Assembly (NCBI GenBank): GCA_029982875.1
Contig: JARRCD010000001.1
Span: forward strand, 1-58,636
DNA: 58,636 nt
DNA from: Candidatus Cloacimonadota bacterium
GTDB taxonomy: Bacteria; Cloacimonadota; Cloacimonadia; Cloacimonadales; Cloacimonadaceae
Direction: 5' to 3'
The translations under genes were made by a program, and so were the position numbers. The notes beneath the pieces were generated by a model, which was not told where the DNA came from, did not search any database, and saw only the letters and a program-made list of their open reading frames with translations. Shown here piece by piece: positions 16,453 through 25,401 of this stretch. Position 1 is the stretch's first letter. Each line of letters starts with the position of its first letter.

Positions 16453-17535
16453 TTATGGATAGGGATATTCCATGGCCTCTTCCAGGCCGCGCAAGACTCG
16501 GAGTCCGCCTTGACAAAGGGCTTCCATTTCCTTTTCTCCGGGATACAGATAGACCTTGGCGATAAATTCACATCTCTGCTTTAAGTTTTCCACAATAAAG
16601 TCATTGTATGCCAAACCTCCGGAAAAGAAGATGCCATCCACTTTCCCTGCCAAGACCGTGGCAGACGCCCCAATCTCTTTAGCAACCTGATAGCACATAG
16701 CTTCGAGGATGAGCTTGGCCTTTTTGTCACCCTCCTGTATTCGTTTGTTGACCTCGATCCCGCTATCCGTACCCAGATATGCCATCAATCCGGCAGTTTT
16801 GCTGAGATACGTAGTTAATTCCTTATGCGTATATTTTCCGCTATAGGCGATATTGATCAATTCGCCGATGGGCAAGGCTCCGGCACGTTGGGGAGAGAAA
16901 GGCCCCATCCCCAATAGAGCGTTATTCACGTCCACCACGCGACCTTCTTTGATCGCAGCCACTGAAATACCACCACCCAGATGAACTCCGATAAGATTGA
17001 TTTCCTGGATGTCTTTTGCCATCTCTTTGGCTATTAGTCTGGCGATATAGCGTATATTTAAGGCATGGAAAACACTCTTCCGCTCAATCTCCGGAATCCC
17101 GGATATACGCGCAATCTCGTCAAATTCATCTACTACCACAGGATCCACGATAAATCCCGGGATGTGCAGTTCTTCCGCAATAGCATTGGCAATAAAAGCC
17201 CCCAGATTCGAAGCATGTATCCTGCCCCACAAAGAGGGATCTTTGAGATCTCTGAGAATTGCGGGACAAATCTTAATAGTACCGCCGCTTACAGAGCGGA
17301 TGAACCCGCCTCTGCCCACCACGGCATTCAGGCTTTGGGAGTCCACGTTGTTCTCACTCATCGCCTCCATTACCAGGACTTTGCGAAAATCGTATTGCTC
17401 AATGATATCATCAAAGGGCTCAAGTTCTGCCGGATCATGCCGCAGAGTCTTTTCAAAAAGGGCTTTGTCGTCTTCATAGACAGCGATTTTGGTTGATGTG
17501 GAGCCAGGATTGATCGCGAGCACGCGGTAGCTCAT
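16453..17535 (-). CDS. buk: butyrate kinase
   Basis: MSYRVLAINPGSTSTKIAVYED N-terminus. ASKHA-fold motifs (GVHLGGGISVAA, FSGGLAYN). 360 aa. GGAGG SD. Confidence 0.9.
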   Translation of the reverse strand: MSYRVLAINPGSTSTKIAVYEDDKALFEKTLRHDPAELEPFDDIIEQYDFRKVLVMEAMSENNVDSQSLNAVVGRGGFIRSVSGGTIKICPAILRDLKDPSLWGRIHASNLGAFIANAIAEELHIPGFIVDPVVVDEFDEIARISGIPEIERKSVFHALNIRYIARLIAKEMAKDIQEINLIGVHLGGGISVAAIKEGRVVDVNNALLGMGPFSPQRAGALPIGELINIAYSGKYTHKELTTYLSKTAGLMAYLGTDSGIEVNKRIQEGDKKAKLILEAMCYQVAKEIGASATVLAGKVDGIFFSGGLAYNDFIVENLKQRCEFIAKVYLYPGEKEMEALCQGGLRVLRGLEEAMEYPYP

Positions 17536-17744
17536 ATTACCTCCATAGGTACTTAATATTTGTTTGAGGCAAGACTCAGAAACTCAAGATTCTTGTCAAT
17601 TATTTTCCTGCCCCAGCATCTCAGTTGCTTGCTCCAATACCATCCCGCACCCTGCCTTTAGAAGGCCTTTTAAAAACTTGCCAATATTTACCTTGCCAAA
17701 TTATCCCCTTTTCAAATAATGACTCAAAAATTAGGGAGTTTATT

Positions 17745-18185
17745 ATGACTACAAAGAATGATATATTGAACACGGATGAACACATCCACGAAGAAGACGA
17801 TACTTGTGAAGATGAAAATACCCGGATCATTACCCTGGATATGGAAGATGGCACACAAAGAGATTTTGTGATTTTGGACATCATCAGTCACGATGGGGCA
17901 AACTACATCGCTCTGTCCGAAGTAGGCAGCATGGAATACGATGTCCTGCGCTTTGTGGAGGTAGATGACGAATTGGAACTCAGCATTATCGAAGAAGACG
18001 ATGAATACGAAAAAATCGCCAAACTTTTTAGTGAACACTTTGCAGATCTGGCTGCTGAAGAAGAAGATGAAGAAGAAGATGAAGATGATGAAGATGAAGA
18101 TGATGAAGAAGAAGATGAATATGATGATGATGAAGATGATGATGATGAAGATGCTGCTGAAGATGATGAGGATGATCAGAAATAA
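17745..18185 (+). CDS. DUF1292-like small protein with a long poly-Asp/Glu tail
   Basis: The start is set at ATG 17745 (GGGAG SD 8 nt upstream) rather than the long-ORF start at 17625. The core RDFVILDIISHDGANYIALSEV...YDVLRFVE resembles DUF1292/UPF0473. The last ~45 aa are almost entirely D/E. Confidence 0.6.
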   Translation: MTTKNDILNTDEHIHEEDDTCEDENTRIITLDMEDGTQRDFVILDIISHDGANYIALSEVGSMEYDVLRFVEVDDELELSIIEEDDEYEKIAKLFSEHFADLAAEEEDEEEDEDDEDEDDEEEDEYDDDEDDDDEDAAEDDEDDQK

Positions 18186-18210
18186 AGACTCAATTTACGC
18201 TATGTTCAGA

Positions 18211-18238
18211 AAGCCGGAGCTATTCCGGCTTTTCTTTA
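18211..18238 (+). terminator. intrinsic terminator
   Basis: AAGCCGGA-gctat-TCCGGCTT is a perfect 8-bp stem, followed by TTCTTTA. Confidence 0.7.
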
Positions 18239-18459
18239 TGAGGCAAAGCGATCTCGGGCAGACATAAGCCTTTAACTATGCATTACGCAGCCGCTGAAGA
18301 GACTCTATAGCCCCTCCTTGCAAGCTTGTTTTACCCCAATGAGGGCATTTTTTCCTTGACCTTAATGGCAAGTAAATAGTCTGACTTCTTAGTTTGTACA
18401 TTTGAAAAAACAATGTATAAGCCTAAACATAAAAGTAAGAAAAAACGAGGTAAGATAAA

Positions 18460-20346
18460 GTGACAAAGATCGATCTTATTCCGAAGATAAGTCAACAGGC
18501 AAAAATAGCCAGACAAGCAATTTTAGAGATGACTACTCTATCCGGAAGCGGTCATCCCGGCGGTTCAATGTCCAGCATAGACATTATGCTCTGCATTTAT
18601 AACACCATGCGTCATGACCCCAAAAATCCCGCTTGGGAAGAAAGGGATCGCATGGTAGTATCTATTGGGCATATCTCACCAGCAGTTTATAGCACTTTGG
18701 GCATCTGCGGATACTTTCCCCTGGAGGATGCAATATCCCAATTTCGTCTCTTTGGCAGCATCTTTGAAGGTCATATCGAACGCGATGTACCCGGTGTAGA
18801 ATGGAGTTCAGGAAACTTGGGACAGGGACTATCTGCAGCAACCGGATTTGCCATATCCGCCAAAATTAAAGGAATTAAAAACCGCACTTATGTGCTGATG
18901 GGTGATGGCGAACAGCAAAAAGGGCAGCTTTCCGAAGCCCGACGTTTCGCCAGTAAATATGATTTGCGCAATCTCACCGCCATTGTGGATTACAATCAAC
19001 TTCAGATCTCGGGATCAATTCACGAGGTAATGCCGCAACACATCCGCCAAAATTGGGAATCAGACGGTTGGCAGGTGATGGAAGTGAATGGGCACGATAT
19101 TTCCCAGATTCTCTACACTCTGGAAGAAGTGGAAAAAGCCAGCAAACCGGTGATGATCCTTGCCCACACTGTGATGGGGAAAGGTGTAAGCTTTATGGAA
19201 AATAAAGCTAAGTATCATGGCTCCACTTTATCTGCAGAGCAATGCGAAGCTGCTCTCAAGGAGCTGGGCATGCCTTCAGACTTGGCAAAGTATCAGAAAA
19301 GACGCGCCGAATTCAAACCCCCCACTAAGCAATCCCACCCGGATTATCATCCAAAGTATGATCTTATCCCCGGTAAACCGATCTTGTATACTGAGGAAAG
19401 TGACTGCCGTAGCGCCTGGGGCAAGGCTATTGCGGATCTTGGTAAAACCAATCAGGACAAAGCCACTCCCATCGTCGTAGTGGATTGCGATTTAGCTGGC
19501 AGCGTAAAGACCACCGAATTCGCCCAAGCCTTCCCTGAGAGATTTTTAGAAAGCGGGATCATGGAACACCACGCGGCCGTGATGAGCGGAGCTATCTCCA
19601 GCATGGGGGTGCAATGCTTCTGGTCTGATTTCGGCGTCTTTGGCATTGATGAAGCATACAATATGCAGCGTTTGAACGATATCAACCACACAAACCTGAA
19701 AACCGTGGTGACTCATGTAGGGATAGACGTGGGCGCAGATGGCAAGACTCATCAGTGCGTGGATTATATTGCATTGATCCGCAATCTCTTCGATACCAGG
19801 ATTATCTGCCCCGCAGATGCCAATCAAACCGATCGCATTATCCGCTGGTTGATCGATAAACCCAAAAATTATGTTGTCGCTATGGGGCGTTCAAAACTCC
19901 CCATTATTAGGAATCAGGAAGGTGAGATCTTTTATAACCAAGAATATTGCTATGATTATGGAAAAGCCGATATTCTGAGAGTGGGCGATCAAGCCACCCT
20001 GTTTGTAACCGGAACCCCAGCCAGTAGAGCGCTCAAAGCTATCGACACTCTTCGTGAAGAAGGGATCTTTGTGCAATTGGTATACATTTCCAGTCCCTTG
20101 ACCATAGCTGCCGATCTGATAGAACAGGCTGCCAAGCGGGGACCCATTTTCAGTTTGGAAGATCACAGCATTAATGGCGGACTGGGCAGCAGCATTGCCG
20201 AAGCTCTGGTTGCTGGAGCTCATAGCGCAAAATTGATCCGCATAGGAGCTACGCACTACTCTGCGTCGGGAGCGGCAGAACAGATCTTTGCCTCTTTGGG
20301 AATGGATGCTGCCTCCTTAGTAAAACGCATCAAACAAGAGCTTTAA
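18460..20346 (+). CDS. tkt: transketolase (N- and C-terminal halves fused)
   Basis: GTG start with a GAGG SD. ThDP motifs GSGHPGGSMS and GDGEQQKGQ..EA. The Pyr domain and C-terminal domain are present. 628 aa. Confidence 0.9.
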   Translation: MTKIDLIPKISQQAKIARQAILEMTTLSGSGHPGGSMSSIDIMLCIYNTMRHDPKNPAWEERDRMVVSIGHISPAVYSTLGICGYFPLEDAISQFRLFGSIFEGHIERDVPGVEWSSGNLGQGLSAATGFAISAKIKGIKNRTYVLMGDGEQQKGQLSEARRFASKYDLRNLTAIVDYNQLQISGSIHEVMPQHIRQNWESDGWQVMEVNGHDISQILYTLEEVEKASKPVMILAHTVMGKGVSFMENKAKYHGSTLSAEQCEAALKELGMPSDLAKYQKRRAEFKPPTKQSHPDYHPKYDLIPGKPILYTEESDCRSAWGKAIADLGKTNQDKATPIVVVDCDLAGSVKTTEFAQAFPERFLESGIMEHHAAVMSGAISSMGVQCFWSDFGVFGIDEAYNMQRLNDINHTNLKTVVTHVGIDVGADGKTHQCVDYIALIRNLFDTRIICPADANQTDRIIRWLIDKPKNYVVAMGRSKLPIIRNQEGEIFYNQEYCYDYGKADILRVGDQATLFVTGTPASRALKAIDTLREEGIFVQLVYISSPLTIAADLIEQAAKRGPIFSLEDHSINGGLGSSIAEALVAGAHSAKLIRIGATHYSASGAAEQIFASLGMDAASLVKRIKQEL

Positions 20347-20386
20347 ACTTCATATTTGCCTGTGAGGACGAGATCACAAAGCATCT

Positions 20387-21865
20387 ATGAATAAAGACTT
20401 TCTCAAACCGGCCTTGATCTTTGCTGTGGCAGCGGTTTTGACAGGTCTTCTGGCTTGGCTGCTTCCCAGCTATAGCAATGATCTCTTCCCCATCCGCAAG
20501 CTGCCCTGGTTTTCGGCCTTATCCAAACCCTCTGCCCCAGATAGCAGCCGGGTGCAAGTAAAAGTGCCAAGGCAAGCCCAAATCGCACTCAATCCCTTTT
20601 TGGACAAACTCAAAGCCATGCCCGTGCGTCCCGGTGAACTCCCCCTGGCCCCAGTTAAAAAGGATTCCACCACTAAAGTAGCACCCCAGCAACTGCGTAT
20701 TGCCTATTTTAGCGATTCCATCATTGAGGGAGACCTCATTACCGCACCCCTGAGATATGAGCTGCAAAAACGCTATGGCGGACACGGCGTGGGCATGGTC
20801 CCGATCACCTCTATTGTGGCTGGATTCCGACAAAGCATTCGCCATGATTTCTCCAAGAACTGGGAAAGCATCTCCTTTATGACCCCGGATCGATATGATA
20901 TCTCGTTGGGCATCACTGGATACACCTTTATCCCTCGTCCCTACTATCTGGACAGCCGCCCTCTCGAAGCTTCTTTGGCCGATAGCATTTTCCTGGCCGA
21001 TAGCCTAAAAACAGCTGCACCCAAAGTGGAAGAAAGCCCGGAAGAAGCATATCGTCACTATGTGGAGGAAGATCCTTTTGTCGAGTATCGCGCCGTAGAT
21101 ATTGCCGGAGGAGCGGATAGTTTTCGCCGCATCCGGCTTTTTTTCAGCCATGCCTCAGATAGCTCCTTTGTGCGCATTTCTCATGATTCGGGAGAGTTCA
21201 AAAAGCTACTCTTAAAACCTGGCCAAGAGCTGCAAAATATGGATATCAGTCCTTCCCAGCCCAGCAAACGGTTGCGCCTGGAATTTGCCGCAGAAGACTC
21301 GCTCAGGCTTTATGGTGTTTCTTTTGACGATGCGCAGGGAATCTATGTGGATAATTTTCCTATTCGCGGTTACTCTGGGATGTATTTCCAACGCATCCAC
21401 AAAGCTTATCTCACCGCATTTAACCAAGCGCTTGACTATGATCTCATCGTGCTTCAATATGGAGGTAATATCACAGATCCGGAAAATGAAGATTACCGGA
21501 ATTACAAGCTTGCCATGATCCACACCATTGCACATCTCAAATCTGCACTGCCTGATGTCCCCATCCTCATTGCCAGTATGCACGATCGGGCGATCAAAAC
21601 CGGTACTCAGTTTCATACTTCACCGGATATTCCCTTATTGGTAAAAGCACAAAGCGAGATCGCCCAGGAAACTGATTGTGCTTTTTGGAATGTCTATGAA
21701 GCAATGGGTGGATACGACTCCATGCTCGGTTTTGTTAATCAGAATCCTCCCTTGGCAGGATCAGATTACACCCATTTTACCAGACGGGGAGCCGAGAAGA
21801 TAGCCTCTTTATTTCTGGATTTCCTGCGGGAGGAAATGTGTGCCAGCATAGATATTGGCAAATAG
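20387..21865 (+). CDS. membrane-anchored SGNH/GDSL-like hydrolase or acyltransferase partner
   Basis: N-terminal TM helix. Block I YFSDSIIEGD. Block II/III VLQYGGN. Block V DYTHF. It lies immediately upstream of an MBOAT gene. Confidence 0.6.
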   Translation: MNKDFLKPALIFAVAAVLTGLLAWLLPSYSNDLFPIRKLPWFSALSKPSAPDSSRVQVKVPRQAQIALNPFLDKLKAMPVRPGELPLAPVKKDSTTKVAPQQLRIAYFSDSIIEGDLITAPLRYELQKRYGGHGVGMVPITSIVAGFRQSIRHDFSKNWESISFMTPDRYDISLGITGYTFIPRPYYLDSRPLEASLADSIFLADSLKTAAPKVEESPEEAYRHYVEEDPFVEYRAVDIAGGADSFRRIRLFFSHASDSSFVRISHDSGEFKKLLLKPGQELQNMDISPSQPSKRLRLEFAAEDSLRLYGVSFDDAQGIYVDNFPIRGYSGMYFQRIHKAYLTAFNQALDYDLIVLQYGGNITDPENEDYRNYKLAMIHTIAHLKSALPDVPILIASMHDRAIKTGTQFHTSPDIPLLVKAQSEIAQETDCAFWNVYEAMGGYDSMLGFVNQNPPLAGSDYTHFTRRGAEKIASLFLDFLREEMCASIDIGK

Positions 21866-21918
21866 AGCTTAGCCAGATATATTGCTATCTTACGCTGGGC
21901 TTTGCTTAGAGGGCTCAT

Positions 21919-23382
21919 ATGAAATATATTCTGGAGCAGATCCTGAATTCACTCGCTTATGACCCCAACAATCCCCTGCTGTTTAACAGTGTCTTTTTCC
22001 TCTTCTTTTTCATCGTAGTAAGCCTGATCTATCCTTTGGTGGTAAATCGCAGCCGCATTCGGGTCTGGTATCTACTCCTGGTATCGCTATACTTTTATTT
22101 CAAAACCAGTGGCCTCTTTGTGCTCTTGCTCTTAGCCACTGCCCTGGTAAATTTCGCCTTAGGCGCCGCAATCTACAAGTCAAAAAGCAAAAAGGGACGC
22201 AGAGCTTGGCTGAGTCTGAGCTTGCTCTGGAATCTGGGGAGTTTGGGTTACTTCAAATACACAAATTTCATCATCGGAACTATCAATTCGCTCTTGGGCG
22301 GCAACCTGCCTATGATGGATATCTTTCTCCCTGTCGGGATCAGCTTTTTCACCTTCCAGACCTGGAGTTATACTCTGGACATATATTTCGGGAAGCTAAA
22401 ACCCACCTCCAGTTTCAAAGATTTTGCCTTTTTTGTATCCTTTTTCCCCCAGTTGGTGGCTGGTCCTATCGTGCGCGCTTCATACTTTATGCCCCAGATT
22501 CACAAAAAACTGGAACTGGATGAGGAAACCATCGCCCGGGCTTTGGTCCTGATCTTTGCCGGCTTGCTCAAAAAAGGCGTGATTGCAGATTACCTTTCGA
22601 TCAATTTTGTGGATAGAGTATTCGAAAGTCCGGCTTTGTTTTCGGGAGCGGAAATCCTTATGGGTGTATATGCTTATGCCCTGCAAATTTACTGCGATTT
22701 TAGCGGCTATTCGGATATCGCTATCGGCGTGGCGGCTTTGCTGGGTTTCACCCTGCCCATCAATTTTAATAGCCCCTATAAAGCCTCTAACATCACTGAT
22801 TTTTGGCGGCGCTGGCATATCTCTCTCTCCTCATGGCTGAGAGACTACATCTATATCCCTTTAGGTGGCAATCGTAAAGGCAAAGCCAGACAATACCTGA
22901 ATCTGATGATTACCATGCTTTTGGGCGGTTTGTGGCATGGTGCCAGCTGGAATTTTGTTTTTTGGGGCGCATTGCATGCTGTTGCTTTGATCTTGGACAA
23001 AGCTTGGTTGAGTTTAAAGCTGGCACATACCAAATTGATGAAAATTCTCGGTGTGATTGTTACCTTCCATTTTGTCTGTTTTGCCTGGATTTTTTTCAGA
23101 AGCCGCAATTTTGAGACCGCCTGGCTGATCCTGACCAGGATCGCCACCGCCTTTAATGCCCCGCTTTTGCTGCATTGGTTCAATAATTATCAAGTAATTG
23201 CATTTCTCATCATTATCGGATTCCTGGCGCATTGGCAACCGGACAGCTGGGAAAAATTCTATCAAAACGCTATCCAAAAAATGCCGTGGCCGGCAAGATC
23301 TTTGCTTATGGCAGCCGTGATCTGGATCTTATATCAAAGTAAAAGTGCCGATCTGCAACCCTTCATCTATTTTCAATTTTAA
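21919..23382 (+). CDS. MBOAT-family membrane O-acyltransferase (AlgI/PatA/DltB-like)
   Basis: Polytopic, 487 aa. Signature FWRRWHISLSSWLRDYIYIPLGGNR and the catalytic His region LGGLWHGASWNF. Confidence 0.85.
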   Translation: MKYILEQILNSLAYDPNNPLLFNSVFFLFFFIVVSLIYPLVVNRSRIRVWYLLLVSLYFYFKTSGLFVLLLLATALVNFALGAAIYKSKSKKGRRAWLSLSLLWNLGSLGYFKYTNFIIGTINSLLGGNLPMMDIFLPVGISFFTFQTWSYTLDIYFGKLKPTSSFKDFAFFVSFFPQLVAGPIVRASYFMPQIHKKLELDEETIARALVLIFAGLLKKGVIADYLSINFVDRVFESPALFSGAEILMGVYAYALQIYCDFSGYSDIAIGVAALLGFTLPINFNSPYKASNITDFWRRWHISLSSWLRDYIYIPLGGNRKGKARQYLNLMITMLLGGLWHGASWNFVFWGALHAVALILDKAWLSLKLAHTKLMKILGVIVTFHFVCFAWIFFRSRNFETAWLILTRIATAFNAPLLLHWFNNYQVIAFLIIIGFLAHWQPDSWEKFYQNAIQKMPWPARSLLMAAVIWILYQSKSADLQPFIYFQF

Positions 23383-23391
23383 GGAGTTATG

Positions 23392-24537
23392 ATGCAATAT
23401 CTCAAGCCTTCCTTACAAGCCTACGCCTGGGGCTCACACAGTTTTATTCAGGATTTTTTAAAGCTCGATAGCCCGGGCCCTCTCGCCGAAGCCTGGTATG
23501 GCGCGCATCCCAAAGCCCCTGCTATGGTAGGGAATGAAAGCCTGCAAATGCTGATCTCACGGCAGCCTGCCTTCTGGCTCGGCCCAAAGCTGGATTCCTT
23601 CCCTTATCTCTTGAAGATATTAGCGGCAAGCCAAGCGCTTTCCATCCAGGTGCATCCTTCAAAAACACAAGCCGAACAAGGCTTTGCCCGCGAAAATAAA
23701 CTCGGTATCCCGCTATCCGATCCCACCCGCAATTACCAGGATGACAATCATAAACCGGAATTGTTCATGGCTCTTACCGATTTTCACGCCCTCTGCGGTT
23801 TCCGGACATTTACTGAGCTTGTGGATGGCTTTGAATCCTGCCACTTGGGGTCCTTCTTTGCTCACTATCCGGCATTTCGCAAAAATCCTCAGCGCGAGAA
23901 CTTTGCCCGGCTATATCGGGAAATTCTTGATCCCCAACCCCTTCCAAAATTGACCGAACATATCGGAAAACTCAAACCGCAAGGCAAATGGGAAAAAGAG
24001 ATCCTCTGGATGCAACGCTTACTGAAACTGTATCCTCATGATAAAAATATTATCGCACCCTTGTATCTGAATCTGATTGAGCTCAAGCCTTACGAAGCCA
24101 TTTTCCTCCCCACTGGAATAGTGCATGCATACCTCAAGGGCGCTGGAATCGAGATCATGGCCTGCAGCGACAACGTTCTAAGAGCTGGCCTGAGCCCCAA
24201 ACACATTGATCCCGCCGAACTGCTCCAAACCATCAGCTTGGAGCCTTATGCTCCCCAGCTCATTACCGCTCCGCCAATCAAGAACCAAATGGTTGGCTAC
24301 TTAGCTCCCGTAAAAGATTTTCTGCTTGCCCGCATCTTGCTGGAGGGAGAAATGGAATTGCCCGCAATAGCCGGTCCCAGAATCCTGCTCTGCCTATCAG
24401 GAGAGGCAAAAGTAATACACAAACAGCAAGAACTTATCCTACACTCCGCGCAAAGCATCATCATCCCCCACCTTGAGCAAAAACCCCAGCTTGCGGGTAA
24501 GGCTGAGATCATCCTGGCCGCATATCATGGAAATTGA
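23392..24537 (+). CDS. manA: mannose-6-phosphate isomerase, class I
   Basis: YAWGS..., AEAWYGAHP, LLKILAASQALSIQVHPSK, and the cupin C-terminal half. Of the two adjacent ATGs, 23392 has better spacing to the AAGGAG SD (23381..23386). Confidence 0.85.
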   Translation: MQYLKPSLQAYAWGSHSFIQDFLKLDSPGPLAEAWYGAHPKAPAMVGNESLQMLISRQPAFWLGPKLDSFPYLLKILAASQALSIQVHPSKTQAEQGFARENKLGIPLSDPTRNYQDDNHKPELFMALTDFHALCGFRTFTELVDGFESCHLGSFFAHYPAFRKNPQRENFARLYREILDPQPLPKLTEHIGKLKPQGKWEKEILWMQRLLKLYPHDKNIIAPLYLNLIELKPYEAIFLPTGIVHAYLKGAGIEIMACSDNVLRAGLSPKHIDPAELLQTISLEPYAPQLITAPPIKNQMVGYLAPVKDFLLARILLEGEMELPAIAGPRILLCLSGEAKVIHKQQELILHSAQSIIIPHLEQKPQLAGKAEIILAAYHGN

Positions 24538-24611
24538 GGTTCATCCTTTTCAAGTCGTAGTCCTCTGATCCGGCGCTTGACTTGCGGATTTACTTTTAAG
24601 CTGAGCTCAGC

Positions 24612-24663
24612 TCCTGATGCTCTCCTTTTTAGGACTTGATCAGGACTTGAACCCAAGTTCAAA
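24612..24663 (+). repeat. 52-nt intergenic element with tandem 11-mers AGGACTTGATC/AGGACTTGAAC (copy 1)
   Basis: tcctgatgctctcctttttaggacttgatcaggacttgaacccaagttcaaa is 48/52 identical to 43263..43314. It contains a TTGAAC-ccaa-GTTCAA hairpin. Confidence 0.8.
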
Positions 24664-24899
24664 CAGACTTATCGACTCCAGCCTCCCAAGCCCCACCCAA
24701 GGGCCTCCTGAGGACTTCCTGAGCCAGAGCTTAAGAAGTCCATAAGAGAAACACAGCTGCCGCGGATGAGACTGTTCCCAAAGACCTGATCTATTGCCAA
24801 TAAGTTTATCGCATTAAGTTGATGAATAAGGGGCGAAACGCACAAATATCGACCCCAAGTGCAAACTTGACAAGCCTGAGTTCCGTAGGAACGCTCCTT

Positions 24900-25252
24900 A
24901 TAAAAAATCTGTGCAATCCGTATAATCTGTGTGAGACCTTAGCTGTGTAATACGCATAACGGATAACGCATAACGCATAACGGATAACCTCTCCAAATAA
25001 AAAAATCTGTGAAACCCGTGTAATCTGTGTGAGACCCTCGCTGTGTGCATAACGCATAACGGATAACGGATAACCTCTCCAAATAAAAAAATCTGTGAAA
25101 TCCGTGTAATCTGTGTGAGACCCTCGCTGTGTGTATAACGCATAACGGATAACGGATAACGGATAACGGATAACCTCTCCAAATAAAAAAATCTGTGAAA
25201 TCTGTGTAATCTGTGTGAGACCTTAGCTGTGTATAACGGATAACCTCTCCAA
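24900..25252. repeat. four-copy tandem repeat (97, 86, 100 and 70 bp) with nested ATAACG[G/C] heptad arrays
   Basis: The units are 24900..24996, 24997..25082, 25083..25182 and 25183..25252. Each unit is an A6-7 tract, three 9-bp-phased ATCYGTG motifs, GAGACCYYRGCTGTGT, (ATAACGS)n with n about 5, 3, 5 and 1, then ATAACCTCTCCAA. Confidence 0.9.
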
Positions 25253-25401
25253 AATGGCAGCAATTTTGGCTAAATCTTTGGGATTTTCAGGGTTTTTTCT
25301 CGTCTTGGTATCATTCTTGCTTTATAATATTATAGTATATAGGTAGAGATTTACGAACCTGTATCTGAAGTGACATTTGATTATATAATTTAGGAGAAAA
25401 T

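Noticed and set aside
18050-18180. A GAA/GAT-rich microsatellite-like DNA tract.
   Set aside because: It is in frame within the DUF1292-like gene and encodes the poly-D/E tail. I treat it as coding low complexity, not an independent repeat element.
24900-25252. A possible CRISPR array, since it has regularly spaced direct repeats in an intergenic region.
   Set aside because: There are no unique spacers. The whole unit repeats, unit length varies only through nested heptad copy number, and no cas genes are in the window. I called it a hierarchical tandem repeat instead.
24806-25263. ORFs 24806..25057 (-) and 24898..25263 (-), 83 and 121 aa.
   Set aside because: Their sequences are periodic translations of the tandem repeat (RYPLSVMRY..., HRFHRFFYLERLSV...). 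They have no SD, so they are repeat artefacts and not genes.
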